64,000 bases of DNA from an uncultured delta proteobacterium (GCA_963850305.1 CAWKKR010000008.1:1120001-1184000); one strand, 5' to 3'. Positions 1 through 11,016 are shown, counted from the stretch's first letter. Made by a program: numbers and translations. The notes: generated by a model from the letters alone, not told the origin.

Positions 1-478
1 CGACGAGCCGCTCGGCGCCCGCGAGAACGGCGTGGCGGGGCACGACGCGACGTACGAGCGCCGGAGCGGGGACCACCAGAAAACGCCACGGGAGCCCCCG
101 CGCGAGGTGAAACAAGGTAGCCATCCGGAGCATCGCGGCGCGACGTTCCGGATGCACGTCCGAGTACGGGTTCGCTTCCGACGCCGCGAACAGCAGCACC
201 GCGGAGGCGTCGAGCGCGGGCGCGATTCGCGGCACCTCGCCGCACAGGAACCCCAGATCGTCCGCGGCGCGGCGCGCGGTGTCCAGATCCGGCGTGACGT
301 GCACGACGGCGCGTCCGGACCCTGCCGCGAGCGCGCGTGCGACGAGCGCGGGAGCCGCACCTTCGGCACCGACCACATGCGAGAGACCGGTTCGCTCCTT
401 CGCGAGGCGCGCCAAATCCGCGGCGCGCACGACCTTGCGATCCGTCGGGAGCTCCAGGAGCGAGTTCAGGTCCGGCAT
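1..478 (-). CDS. mfd: Transcription-repair coupling factor, N-terminal part (runs off the window)
   Basis: Not in the ORF track. My translation from ATG 478 gives MPDLNSLLELPTDRKVV...VVHVTPDLDTARRAADDLGFL...NPYSDVHPERRAAMLRMATLFHL...LVVPAPALVRRVVP, matching the Mfd N-terminal UvrB-like motifs. Confidence 0.8.
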   Translation of the reverse strand, partial: MPDLNSLLELPTDRKVVRAADLARLAKERTGLSHVVGAEGAAPALVARALAAGSGRAVVHVTPDLDTARRAADDLGFLCGEVPRIAPALDASAVLLFAASEANPYSDVHPERRAAMLRMATLFHLARGLPWRFLVVPAPALVRRVVPRHAVLAGAERLV

Positions 479-648
479 GACCGCCGCGCGGTTTACCACC
501 GCGCGCTGGTGAGGCAGGCGGCGAAGGCCCTGCGCGGGAAGACCGAGCGTGCCAGAGCGACGGCGCGTATAACAGTCCTAAGCATCTGTAACGTAAGCCT
601 TATTATGCGAACAAGGTCGCGGCGTGGTGGCGGCGCGTCGAACCGCCC

Positions 649-1638
649 GTGGTATGGCGTCGCGGCGTGCCGGTCGTCCCAGCCTCCGAGTCGAACATCC
701 TCGAGGCCGCGGCGGTGTTGCGGCGCGGCGGCGTCGTCGCGTTTCCAACCGAGACGGTTTATGGCCTGGGCGCGCTCGCGGGCGACCCGTCCGCGTGTGC
801 GCGCGTCTTCGAAATCAAGCAGCGGCCGCGCTTCGATCCGCTCATCGTTCATCTGTCGGGCGCGGGCAACCTCGGCAGCGTCGTCGCCGCCCTGGACGAA
901 CGGAGCTTGCTCCTCGCGACCGCATTCTGGCCGGGTCCCCTCACGCTGGTCCTACCGAAAGCGCCCTCCGTCCCCGACATCGTCACGGCGGGTCTGCCGA
1001 CGGTCGCCGTCCGGATCCCCTCGCATCCGATCGCGCACGCGCTGCTCGTCGCTGTGGGCGCGCCAATCGCGGCGCCGAGCGCAAACCCGTTCGGGTACAT
1101 CAGCCCGACGCTCGCGTCGCACGTGAACGAACGGATCGGGCGCGAGGTCGACCTCATCCTGGACGGCGGCGCGACGACGGTCGGCGTGGAATCGACCATC
1201 GTCGATGTTTCCGGAACCGCGCCCGCTCTGCTTCGGCCCGGTGCCATCGAACGCGAGCGGATCGAAGCACTGATAGGTCCGCTCGCGCACGAGCACGGTT
1301 CCGGCGATCGACCGCGCGCGCCCGGGCAGCTTGCCAGTCACTATGCGCCGCGAACACCGCTGGTGATCCTGGATGAGCTCGCACGGTTACCGGAACACCC
1401 GGGGCGCGTCGGACTGCTCGCGTTTGGCCCGCCGGACCCCGACGTCAGAGCGCGGTCGGCGGTCGTCGAAGTCCTCTCGGAATCGCGCGATCTCCGGGAA
1501 GCCGCGGCGAACCTCTTCGCGGCGCTCCATCGACTCGACCGCGCCGGAGTCGACATCGTATTCGCCGAAGCTCCCTCGCCGGCCGGGCTCGGTCTGGCCA
1601 TCCTCGATCGCCTGACACGCGCCGCGGCGCGGCCGTGA
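649..1638 (+). CDS. sua5: Threonylcarbamoyl-AMP synthase, Sua5 type (YrdC + SUA5 C-terminal domain); start may be GTG 667
   Basis: VAFPTETVYGLGA, KQRPRFDPLIVH, FWPGPLTLVL, APSAN, GVESTIVD, APGQLASHYAP. Confidence 0.95.
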   Translation: MVWRRGVPVVPASESNILEAAAVLRRGGVVAFPTETVYGLGALAGDPSACARVFEIKQRPRFDPLIVHLSGAGNLGSVVAALDERSLLLATAFWPGPLTLVLPKAPSVPDIVTAGLPTVAVRIPSHPIAHALLVAVGAPIAAPSANPFGYISPTLASHVNERIGREVDLILDGGATTVGVESTIVDVSGTAPALLRPGAIERERIEALIGPLAHEHGSGDRPRAPGQLASHYAPRTPLVILDELARLPEHPGRVGLLAFGPPDPDVRARSAVVEVLSESRDLREAAANLFAALHRLDRAGVDIVFAEAPSPAGLGLAILDRLTRAAARP

Positions 1639-1744
1639 TCCGTCGTTGCGCGCGATGACGTGATCGTGCGGCGCGACGATGGGGTCCCAGGTATGGCAAC
1701 GAAGATACGCGGCGCGACAGCAAGCTCATGAGGCACAGCGACGA

Positions 1745-1935
1745 GGTCGCGCGACGTGGTAGCCGACTCACGCAGCGTAGTAACCGACTCACGCGGCGTA
1801 GTAACCGACTCACGCACTCGTGAGGACGCGTCATCGCCGCGTGCGAACCGGTTCTCACGGCCCTCGGACGCTTCGTCGCCGCGCGTGAACCGGCTATCGC
1901 GGCCATCGGACGCGTCATCGCGGCGTGCGAAGCCG
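1745..1935. repeat. Degenerate 21-bp-period tandem repeat tract
   Basis: About 3 copies of gtagtaaccgactcacgc(a/g)gc, then about 2.5 copies of a 42-bp unit starting gacgcgtcatcgccgcg. Confidence 0.8.
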
Positions 1936-1990
1936 CGCAGAGATCAAAGCGGTCGCGGAACCACGCGAGCGGAGCGAGCCCGCCGAAGGC

Positions 1991-2032
1991 GGCGGGGGGA
2001 GCGGTTGCGAAGCAAGCCGCGGGGGCTAAGGC
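1991..2032 (+). repeat. REP-like element, copy 1
   Basis: ggcggggggagcggttgcgaagcaagccgcggg (33 bp) is identical at 3118-3150; preceded by a ccgcc-gaa-ggcgg hairpin. Confidence 0.85.
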
Positions 2033-2428
2033 TGCTAAGGCCCGCCGGGACCTAGGCGGGCAGCCTCGATTGGAAGTCGGGCCGGTTGCGGGGACGGGCG
2101 CGGGAGCGGAGCCGGAAGAAGAGACGGTTTCGGGATGGGGAGCGGGAACGCGCGCAGCGCCGACAGATTTGGGGGCCGCACCGGAGTGACGGGCGCGGCA
2201 AGAGTCGGTTGCCGCCGCCGGGCCAGGCTGCGGGCCTCGTGGCGAAGTGCAGCCGCGCCTGCGCATCGGGGGGACGGGAAATGGGGGATCGGTCTCGGTG
2301 TGGGCCTCGGTTCTGAGAGCGGTGTCGGGCTCGGGGTGGCTCCTGCCTGACGGCGCACGCCCCGCGCCAGCGGCGACAAGGAGCCATGCACGACGCTTCG
2401 CTGTCACGGGTCCTGCGCCAGGGAGGGC

Positions 2429-2724
2429 ATGAGCCACCCCGAGCCCTCCGCATCGCTTCCTCACCATCGTCTCATCGCATACCAGCTCGCGCTCGAGCTC
2501 GTGAAGCTCGTCGCGGGCACGCGCATCCGGGACTCGCGCTCGCAAGGGGGTCTTGACCCCCGCGGCTCGCTTCGCTCGCAGCACGGCAGAGCCTCGCGGA
2601 CAAGAGCCGCGCTTACGCGATCGCGCTAGCAGAGTGCTGTGAGGCGTGCGCAGCGGCGGAGATCGCGGAGGTGCTGGCGCTCGGGGTGCGGCTGAAGAAT
2701 GTGCTGAGCCGGCTCGTGCGCTGA
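2429..2724 (+). pseudogene. Four-helix-bundle (23S rRNA intervening-sequence-type) protein, interrupted and frameshifted
   Basis: N-terminus LPHHRLIAYQLALELVKLV...IRD; C-terminus in another frame ARQSLADKSRAYAIALAECCEACAAAEIAEVLALGVRLKNVLSRLVR*; the expected central S..LNIAEG segment is replaced by a palindromic insert at about 2533-2580. Confidence 0.7.
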
Positions 2725-3117
2725 TGCGTCGCAGGCGCAAGTGGGCTTCGCGTTTCTCGCGTGGGTGGGATCCTCACGCTCTTCCGCAGTATCACGCAGC
2801 GCTCGGACGAGTGCCGGCACGTGCCGTGGAAGGCGTTGCTCGAGGACGTCTTCTTCGCGCTCGTTTCTGTGACTGATGCCGAGCTCGGCCCACGCGCCAC
2901 TCTTGCCGAAGGCCCCGACTGAAGCCCGCGCCTCCCGACTCCCCGGGGCCGACGCCCCAAAGCACATACAAACCTCGGCCCGCGCGAGCGAAGCCGCCTC
3001 CGGCGGTCCCGCTCCCGCTCGCCCGGATCCCGCCCCGAACCCGCTCCCGCGCCCGGAACCGACCCCGGCATTGCCAACCGGAGCCTCGCTCGACCGGTCA
3101 CCGATCGAGAGTGCCCA

Positions 3118-3160
3118 GGCGGGGGGAGCGGTTGCGAAGCAAGCCGCGGGCGGCTAAGGC
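3118..3160 (+). repeat. REP-like element, copy 2
   Basis: Matches 1991-2032 except for one extra C. Confidence 0.85.
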
Positions 3161-3168
3161 CCCCCTTG

Positions 3169-4074
3169 TTAGAACACCTTGGCCGGCACCTGCCGGCGCG
3201 CGGCGAGCAGATAGTTCTGAGCACGCAGTCGCCACGCCCCGGTCGGATGACGGACGAGGTAAGCCTGGAACAGCGACGCGGCGCTCCCGAAGTCGTACAT
3301 CCAGTGCGCGAGAATGCCCCGCGCGAGAAGCTCAGGGTAATCCGGATCGCGACGCGAGAGACCGCGTACGTACTGCGCGAGCAGGGAGGGTTCGATCGAC
3401 GACGAGTTCTCCGTACGCTCGACCTCTGGATGCAAGAGGAGCGTCCGATAATAGAGGCGCCAGTCGTTCAGCGAAGGGGCGAATGGATACGTCTCGAGGA
3501 GACCGGCGAGCTTCGTCCATCGAACCGCAAAGAGCACCGCGAGCTCGTCCGTGGGGATGACCGAGGCGCGACCTTCCGAGATCCAGCCGTACGCGCGCGC
3601 GCGCGTCGCGAACGCGCCGCCGAGCTCGGTGAGATCCCCGGAGTCTTTGCCGTCCTTGCCGTAGCGCTCGACCGCGTGCACGAAGAGCTCTGCCTGGACC
3701 GCACGGAGCGCGAGTAACGGTTCGTCGCCGTGGTGTTTTCTCGCGTCGGCCACGCACTTGCGAAGATCGAGACCGAGGGCGTCGAGGTGGGTCGGCCAGC
3801 CCTTGGCCTCTCCGCGCCCGAAACGCCGAAAGGCCTCTCCGGCGGCCCGGACGAGGTACGGCAGCCGGGCCGTCGCGGCCGCTTCGACACGCGCGCGGTC
3901 CCGTGTTTCCGTACGGTGTTCGTCGAGGCGGTCGATGTCGGGCAAGGGGAGTTCCCTCGGCGGGACGGCTCGCGGAAGCGCGAGAATCGCGGAAAGAAAG
4001 GCCATCCCCACGGCGACGACGCCGAGCTGCCACCCTTCGGCATGTCTCTCCCACTTCGGCTTCGTCGCGCTCAT
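3169..4074 (-). CDS. Hypothetical protein with N-terminal membrane anchor and helical/TPR-like C-terminus
   Basis: 301-aa ORF with protein-like composition and hydrophobic segment LGVVAVGMAFLSAILAL. Confidence 0.75.
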   Translation of the reverse strand: MSATKPKWERHAEGWQLGVVAVGMAFLSAILALPRAVPPRELPLPDIDRLDEHRTETRDRARVEAAATARLPYLVRAAGEAFRRFGRGEAKGWPTHLDALGLDLRKCVADARKHHGDEPLLALRAVQAELFVHAVERYGKDGKDSGDLTELGGAFATRARAYGWISEGRASVIPTDELAVLFAVRWTKLAGLLETYPFAPSLNDWRLYYRTLLLHPEVERTENSSSIEPSLLAQYVRGLSRRDPDYPELLARGILAHWMYDFGSAASLFQAYLVRHPTGAWRLRAQNYLLAARRQVPAKVF

Positions 4075-4132
4075 CCGAAATCAGCCGGGTTGCCGAGGAT
4101 ACTCCGCGCCGAGATCCGCTAGACTCCCCCTC

Positions 4133-4441
4133 GTGCAGGACAAGCGCCGTCACCCGAGAGTTGCGATCCGTGTTCCCATTTCGTGCGAGGTCGCGGGAGC
4201 GGCGCCATTCGCGGCCGTCGCCGCTGATCTGAGCGTCGGCGGTCTCTTCGCGGAGTCCGAGCTGGTGCCCGCATTCGGAACCGAGCTTACCATCGTCGGT
4301 GATTTTCCGGGAGCGCCGGGACTGCGGCTCCCGGCCATCGTGAGGTGGGCCCGAGGCGGCGGCTTCGGCGTCCAGTTCGGCCTCCTCGGCGCGCGCGAGA
4401 CGCATCTACTCGCGAAGCTGATGCATCCGCCGTCCCGCTGA
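4133..4441 (+). CDS. PilZ-domain protein
   Basis: KRRHPR (RxxxR) and DLSVGG (DxSxxG) c-di-GMP-binding motifs; ends GFGVQF; GTG start at 4133. Confidence 0.9.
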   Translation: MQDKRRHPRVAIRVPISCEVAGAAPFAAVAADLSVGGLFAESELVPAFGTELTIVGDFPGAPGLRLPAIVRWARGGGFGVQFGLLGARETHLLAKLMHPPSR

Positions 4442-4449
4442 CGAGCCAG

Positions 4450-5028
4450 ATGTCGCAGGCCCCGCGCGATCCGAGCGTCTTCTTCTCGTCGTATCTGCCG
4501 GCGCGATTCGCCGATGCGTCGCCCGAGCTCGCCGCCGTCACTTCGGTGGGCAGCATCACCTTCCGCGTGCCCGAATCGGGTGAGTGGACCTTGCGGCTCG
4601 TGGAAGGCGCGCTCGAAGTTACCCGCGGCATGGACGACGACGTGATGCTGCAGGTGACCGTTCCAGAGGAAGATTTTTGTTTGTTCGTCGTGGAAGCGCT
4701 CGAACGCGCGGACACGACGAGGCGCGCCGCGGCCGGCCTCGGCGCCTTGCGGGCGCTCGCCGCGAGAGCCGACGTCGCCCGCATGGTGCGACACGTGCCC
4801 GGCAGCGTCCTCTTCGTCGCGCGCGACGGCGAGCAGCGCCATCGCCTGCTCGTCACCCCGGGCCGCCGCGTCGCGAACCTCGCATCCGCCGAGTGCACGA
4901 TCGAAGTGTCCCTGTCGGACCTGCTCGAGAACCAGGGAATGAACCCGATGCAGCTCTTCGTCGCCGGCAAGCTCCGCATCACCGGCAACATCCAGATCGC
5001 GATGGCCCTGTCGGGCATCTTCGGCTGA
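4450..5028 (+). CDS. SCP2 sterol/lipid-binding domain protein
   Basis: C-terminal NPMQLFVAGKLRITGNIQIAMAL signature; ATG 4450. Confidence 0.85.
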   Translation: MSQAPRDPSVFFSSYLPARFADASPELAAVTSVGSITFRVPESGEWTLRLVEGALEVTRGMDDDVMLQVTVPEEDFCLFVVEALERADTTRRAAAGLGALRALAARADVARMVRHVPGSVLFVARDGEQRHRLLVTPGRRVANLASAECTIEVSLSDLLENQGMNPMQLFVAGKLRITGNIQIAMALSGIFG

Positions 5029-5036
5029 GACCCCTC

Positions 5037-6308
5037 TCACTCCGCCCGCGACAGCCACTCGACGGTCCGCGGACGCAGCGTGGACTCGAAGTCTCCGTTG
5101 CCGAGCTGACCATCCTGGTTGCCGCCCCAGCACCGAGCCGCGCCGTCGGGATACACCGCGCAGCCGTGTGCGCGACCGAGCGCGAGGTGAGCCGCGGAGG
5201 AAACCTCGGGCACAGCGACGGGCAGGCGTTGATCGACGGCCGCGTCGTTGCCGAGTTGACCCGCGTGGTCGCCACCCCAGCAGCGCATCTCGCCGCTCGC
5301 GAGGCGCGCGCAGGTCTGCTGATCGCCGGCCACGAGGTCGGTGGCGTCGGTGATGCCCGCGACGAAACGCGCCGTCGAGCGGTTCGCGGTCGTGCCGTCG
5401 CCGAGCTGACCATGCGAGTTGTCACCCCAGCACGCGACGCGGCGATCGGCGAGCAACGCGCACGAGTGCTGGCTGCCGAGCGCCAGGCGGACGGCGCCCT
5501 GCACACCGGAGACCGTCGCAGGGGCCGCGTGCGCCGTCGTCGTACCGTCGCCCAGCTGCCCGACGTAGTTGCCGCCCCAGCACCGCACCGTACCGCCCTC
5601 GATCAGGGCACAGCCATGATAAGCGCCGAGGGCGATCTGCTCGACGTGCGCGAGACCCGGGACCGCTTCCGGAGCCGCGGCGACCGTGGCCTTCTCGGTG
5701 CCGAGCTGGAAGTGCGAGTTGTCGCCCCAGCACCGCACGGTGCCGTCCTCGAGCCGCGCGCAGGTGTGCGCAGAACCGAGGGCGATCTCGCTCGCCTTCG
5801 GCAGGTGTCCGACGACGACCGGCGCGAGGCGGTCCGTGACGCTGCCGTCGCCGAGCTGGCCATCGCGGTTGTCGCCCCAGCACCGAACGCTCCCGTCGTC
5901 CCCGAGCGCGCAGGTGTGGTCTCCGCCAGCGGCGACCGATGCCACCGAGGAGAGGCCCGAGACCCGCGCCGGCGTGAGGCGCACCACGTCGCTGCCGTCG
6001 CCGACCTGACCATGCGTATTGTCGCCCCAGCAATGCACCGTGCCGTCTTCGAGACGAGCGCAGGTATGGGCAGCACCGAGCGCGAAGCCCTGCACTCGGG
6101 GAGACCCCGCGACCGCCGCGTACGCGCCGCCGGACAGGACCGCTGCACTGGTGAGCCCCGCGACGGCCAGGAGGGCCGCCAGACGGTTGCCTCGGGACGC
6201 AGTCCTCCGATCTTCTTCGACGCCCACGTCGCCGGGACGCGCGAAGCTGATGGGCGTGGGTTCCGAGTCCTGATCCGAGTAGAGGCCGATGCCGTCGAAG
6301 GTCGTCAT
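5037..6308 (-). CDS. RCC1-repeat beta-propeller protein
   Basis: Seven repeats of HTCA...DG.V.CWG.N..GQLG after a hydrophobic segment; start uncertain. Confidence 0.9.
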   Translation of the reverse strand: MTTFDGIGLYSDQDSEPTPISFARPGDVGVEEDRRTASRGNRLAALLAVAGLTSAAVLSGGAYAAVAGSPRVQGFALGAAHTCARLEDGTVHCWGDNTHGQVGDGSDVVRLTPARVSGLSSVASVAAGGDHTCALGDDGSVRCWGDNRDGQLGDGSVTDRLAPVVVGHLPKASEIALGSAHTCARLEDGTVRCWGDNSHFQLGTEKATVAAAPEAVPGLAHVEQIALGAYHGCALIEGGTVRCWGGNYVGQLGDGTTTAHAAPATVSGVQGAVRLALGSQHSCALLADRRVACWGDNSHGQLGDGTTANRSTARFVAGITDATDLVAGDQQTCARLASGEMRCWGGDHAGQLGNDAAVDQRLPVAVPEVSSAAHLALGRAHGCAVYPDGAARCWGGNQDGQLGNGDFESTLRPRTVEWLSRAE

Positions 6309-6504
6309 GGTCGAGTCCTTGAGCACGTCGCGTGCCAGCCTTGATCTGCCGTGAATTTTGGGGGGAACCTGGCTCGTGTCTGGAGGCGCGGACACGGTGC
6401 TGTCCGGCGTCGTGGACACTAGCGAAGTGCGGCTGCCCTCCGCTGGACCGCCAGGACCCGTGCCTCGGGCCCGGTCAGGCACGCGGGGGCTGCCCCTCGA
6501 GACC

Positions 6505-7903
<1,399 letters not shown>

Positions 7904-8102
7904 GAGTCCACGGTAGTCGCGGGCACCGGGCGGAACAAGCGCGGCGCTCGGGGTGGCAAGAGGAGAGCAAGGTGCGGCTCGTTTGACCTGTCGGCGGGCG
8001 GGGACGCGGCCCTTGACCGAAGCGACGGGTGCGCAGGAACCCTCCTCGAGGGACCGGTTGCGAGCGTCCGCAAGGAAGCGGTCGCGCTCGGCCGGCTCAT
8101 GG

Positions 8103-8182
8103 CTCGACGTCGAGGAGGCGTCCGAATTTCTCGCCCACGGCGTGGAGCGTGCCGACGTCGCGAAGGCCGATGGAGCGATGGA
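8103..8182. repeat. 80-bp duplicate of the 3' part of the GNAT gene (8321-8400)
   Basis: The two copies differ only at cgaaggccga vs cggaagccga. Confidence 0.95.
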
Positions 8183-8299
8183 AAGGCGAGGTGTCCGCGG
8201 TTTCCGCGCGGCCCGTTCCAGTATTCGCTCTGTTCCTCGTTCGCCACGTTTCACTTCTCGCTGTTGAGCAGGTCGCCGTTCATGACGAAGCGCGTTCTC

Positions 8300-8794
8300 T
8301 CAGATCGATAGTTCCAGGATCTCGACGTCGAGGAGGCGTCCGAATTTCTCGCCCACGGCGTGGAGCGTGCCGACGTCGCGGAAGCCGATGGAGCGATGGA
8401 GCGCGAGGCTCGGTGCGCTCTCGGAGGTGATGCGGGCGAGCAGCACGTGAAGGCCGTTCAGACGCGCCGTCTCGATGATCCGCACCAGCAAACCTCTCCC
8501 GATCCCCCGGCCCCGGAAATCACGGTGCACGTACGTCGAGGTTTCGGCAGTGCGGTCGTAGGCGCGGCGATCGGAGTATCGCGACAGGCTCGCCCAGCCG
8601 ACGACCTTGCCCGCTTCTTCGCACACGATCGCGGAGTAGCGCGGCTCGGCGTGCGCGTCGGCCCAGCGCTGTCTCCGCTCGGGTGTGCTCGGCTCGGTGT
8701 CGAACGTCGCGGTGCCGTGCAGCACTTCGTCGTCGTAGATCGCGAAGACGGACTCGAGATCGCGTGTGGGATCGAACGCGCGGTGGAGAGTCAC
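8300..8794 (-). CDS. GNAT N-acetyltransferase, phosphinothricin/methionine-sulfoximine (YncA/MddA) type
   Basis: AIY..EV..GTATFDTEP, TAETSTYV, RGRGIG, SLALHRSIGF, VGEKFGRLLDV; GTG start overlaps the tolB stop. Confidence 0.9.
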   Translation of the reverse strand: MTLHRAFDPTRDLESVFAIYDDEVLHGTATFDTEPSTPERRQRWADAHAEPRYSAIVCEEAGKVVGWASLSRYSDRRAYDRTAETSTYVHRDFRGRGIGRGLLVRIIETARLNGLHVLLARITSESAPSLALHRSIGFRDVGTLHAVGEKFGRLLDVEILELSI

Positions 8795-10197
8795 GGCGGC
8801 AACGGCGCCCAGCGGAGCGATTCCCCGATCTGCGACGAGAGTTTCTGCGAAGTCCAGCGCTTCAGGGACAGGACGTAGAGACCCGGGCCCGCGCCTTGTT
8901 TGCGCGTCGTGAAGAAGGCGAGCAGGCGCCCATCCTTGCTGCACGCCGGGTACGTGTTCGTGCCCTGGTTCTGCGTGAGCCGCGCGATGTCACCGCCTCG
9001 CTCGTTGGTCATCACGACGTCCTGCCGGTTGTTGCCGACCGCGACCGTGAACACGAGCCGAACGCCGTCTTCCGTGTCGCAGAACGCCGGCGCAGACGCG
9101 GCGAACGCCGAGGGCGAGACCGGCTTCCCATCGACGTAGATGCGCTGCGTACCTTGCTTGCCGCCCCCGCCGACCCACGCGAGCTTGCCCGACGGGCTGA
9201 AGACGGGGTGCGTCGCGAGCTCGGTCGTCGACACTTTCTGGAGGCCGGTCCCGTCGGCGTTGCCCTCATAGATGGCGCTTCCGAGGTTCTCCGCGACCGC
9301 GACCGCCATTCGCTTGCCGGTGGCATCGAACGCGACGCTGTAGACGCTCGTCGTGAACCCGAGCTTCACGGGGTCGGCTTGCGAACCGGTCTCGCGAAAG
9401 ACGGCGAAGGGCTGATAGTCGTGCGACAGCGAATAATAGAGGACGCCCGCCGGTCCCCACGCGGGCGCAATCGCCGTGTCGGTCTCGGGAGTGCGCGGCT
9501 TCAGGTCGTGACCGTCGGCATCCATCGTGAAGACTCGCCGCGCCCTGCCCCACGGCGCCACGTAAGCCATGTGGCTCGCGAAGCCACCCTCACGCCCCGT
9601 GAGCGCGCCGAGGAGGGCGTCCGTGATGCGGTGCGCGGTGACGCGCACGTCCGCGGGAGCGACGATCAGCTTCTTCTGGTAAACGGGGTTCTTCCCGACG
9701 CTCAGGAAGTACGCGATCCCGGAGACCTCGATCGTCTTCGCGTCGTGCGGGCGCGCCGCGACCTTGATGATCACCTCCGCGCCGAGGTTTTGCCACGCGG
9801 GGACGTCCACGGGATCGTCGAAGCCGTAGAGACCGGCCGGGGCCTCGCTGTCGGGCATCACGTCGAACATGCCGGACAGCTCGAAGTCGCGACGAACCAC
9901 GCCGCGTACGACGACGTCATCCATGTCCGGCGAGAGCGACGGCAGGATCGCGAGCTTGATGAAATGCTCCGTCGTGCTGCCCGTGACAGGAATTTCCCCG
10001 AGGACAGTCTCGTCAGGCGGCGTCGCCGTGGTCGTCGCAGGCTGCGCAGCCGGCGCGCTCGCCGTCGTGGGGGCAGCGGGCAAAGGGGGTGCCGCCGGTG
10101 CCTGTGCGAGCGCGGAACTCGCCGCCGCGAGGAGCGCCGTGAAAACCGCGAAGCCCGGTCGGCTACCGCGACGATATCGAGCTTCTACGCGATCCAT
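8791..10197 (-). CDS. tolB: TolB
   Basis: Signal peptide, TolB_N motifs (DFELSGMF, AHRITD...LTGREGGFASHMAYV), PD40-type repeats, operon context. Confidence 0.9.
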   Translation of the reverse strand: MDRVEARYRRGSRPGFAVFTALLAAASSALAQAPAAPPLPAAPTTASAPAAQPATTTATPPDETVLGEIPVTGSTTEHFIKLAILPSLSPDMDDVVVRGVVRRDFELSGMFDVMPDSEAPAGLYGFDDPVDVPAWQNLGAEVIIKVAARPHDAKTIEVSGIAYFLSVGKNPVYQKKLIVAPADVRVTAHRITDALLGALTGREGGFASHMAYVAPWGRARRVFTMDADGHDLKPRTPETDTAIAPAWGPAGVLYYSLSHDYQPFAVFRETGSQADPVKLGFTTSVYSVAFDATGKRMAVAVAENLGSAIYEGNADGTGLQKVSTTELATHPVFSPSGKLAWVGGGGKQGTQRIYVDGKPVSPSAFAASAPAFCDTEDGVRLVFTVAVGNNRQDVVMTNERGGDIARLTQNQGTNTYPACSKDGRLLAFFTTRKQGAGPGLYVLSLKRWTSQKLSSQIGESLRWAPLPP

Positions 10198-10203
10198 GTC
10201 GGC

Positions 10204-11016
10204 CTATTTGCACGAAGGGACGAAGAACGCGACGGAGATCGTCGTGCCGAGAACGTCGGGGTAGTCTGGAGGAGGGGGGGGCAGCTCGGAGCCGCCGCCG
10301 ACGATCCCGTCGAGCGTACTCTTGACGCGGCTATCGAAAATCTCGTTACCGCTCGGTTTCACGATCGAAAAGCCGGTGACGGTTCGCTCGCCCCCGATGT
10401 TCGCCGTGACCGACGCGCGCAGTTTCTTCAGGACGTCACACGGGATCTCGGTCGTCGGCCGCTTGAAGCGGGCGTTGAACCAGGACGAGATCTTGATGCG
10501 GTACTGACTGACGGCGAACGCCTTGAGCGGGTCCGTCTCCGTGCCTTCCTTGACGCCGTCCTGCGCGCCCTCCGTGGGCAGATTCGCCGGAGGCGTTTCC
10601 GCGGACTCGGTGGGCTTCGGCACCTCCTCGACCTTCTTCGCGACGGCGGCATCGGGCGGCGGCGGCTCGGCCGTCGGCTTCGCGAGCGGCGTGTCGGGGA
10701 TCTTTTCTTTGACGGCCTGGGCCTTCGGCGTGGGCGCACTCACCGCCTCGTACCGCTTGATGGGCGGCTTCTTCACCCACATATCGGGCAGCTTGGCGCG
10801 CATGCGCTTGCTCCCGAGCTTGAGGAGCGGCGGCATTTCGTCGAGGACGGGTTTGACCTCGATCGGAACGGGTTCCTTCGCGGCGTCGTCGACAGCGGTG
10901 ATGTGGGTCTGGCTCGTCGCCGTTTCGAACACGATGAACAGGCTGCCTTCGACGATGACCGCGAGCCCCGCGGCGAGCACGATCTCCGACGGTAAGAAGG
11001 CGCGGACCGCCGTCAT
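10204..11016 (-). CDS. TolA/TonB C-terminal-domain protein
   Basis: N-terminal TM, Pro/Lys-rich linker, KPSGNEIFDSRV...LPPPP; sits between tolR and tolB. Confidence 0.8.
   Translation of the reverse strand: MTAVRAFLPSEIVLAAGLAVIVEGSLFIVFETATSQTHITAVDDAAKEPVPIEVKPVLDEMPPLLKLGSKRMRAKLPDMWVKKPPIKRYEAVSAPTPKAQAVKEKIPDTPLAKPTAEPPPPDAAVAKKVEEVPKPTESAETPPANLPTEGAQDGVKEGTETDPLKAFAVSQYRIKISSWFNARFKRPTTEIPCDVLKKLRASVTANIGGERTVTGFSIVKPSGNEIFDSRVKSTLDGIVGGGSELPPPPPDYPDVLGTTISVAFFVPSCK

Noticed and set aside
32..1126. 364-aa plus-strand ORF
   Set aside because: Antisense to mfd and out of frame with sua5; composition is not protein-like
1445..2740. 431-aa minus-strand ORF
   Set aside because: Arg/Pro/Ala-rich read-through of repeats with no domain, overlapping sua5 and the four-helix pseudogene
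8103..8400. Possible DGR template/variable repeat pair
   Set aside because: Only two adjacent differences, C/T swaps on the coding strand rather than template-adenine changes, and no reverse transcriptase in the window
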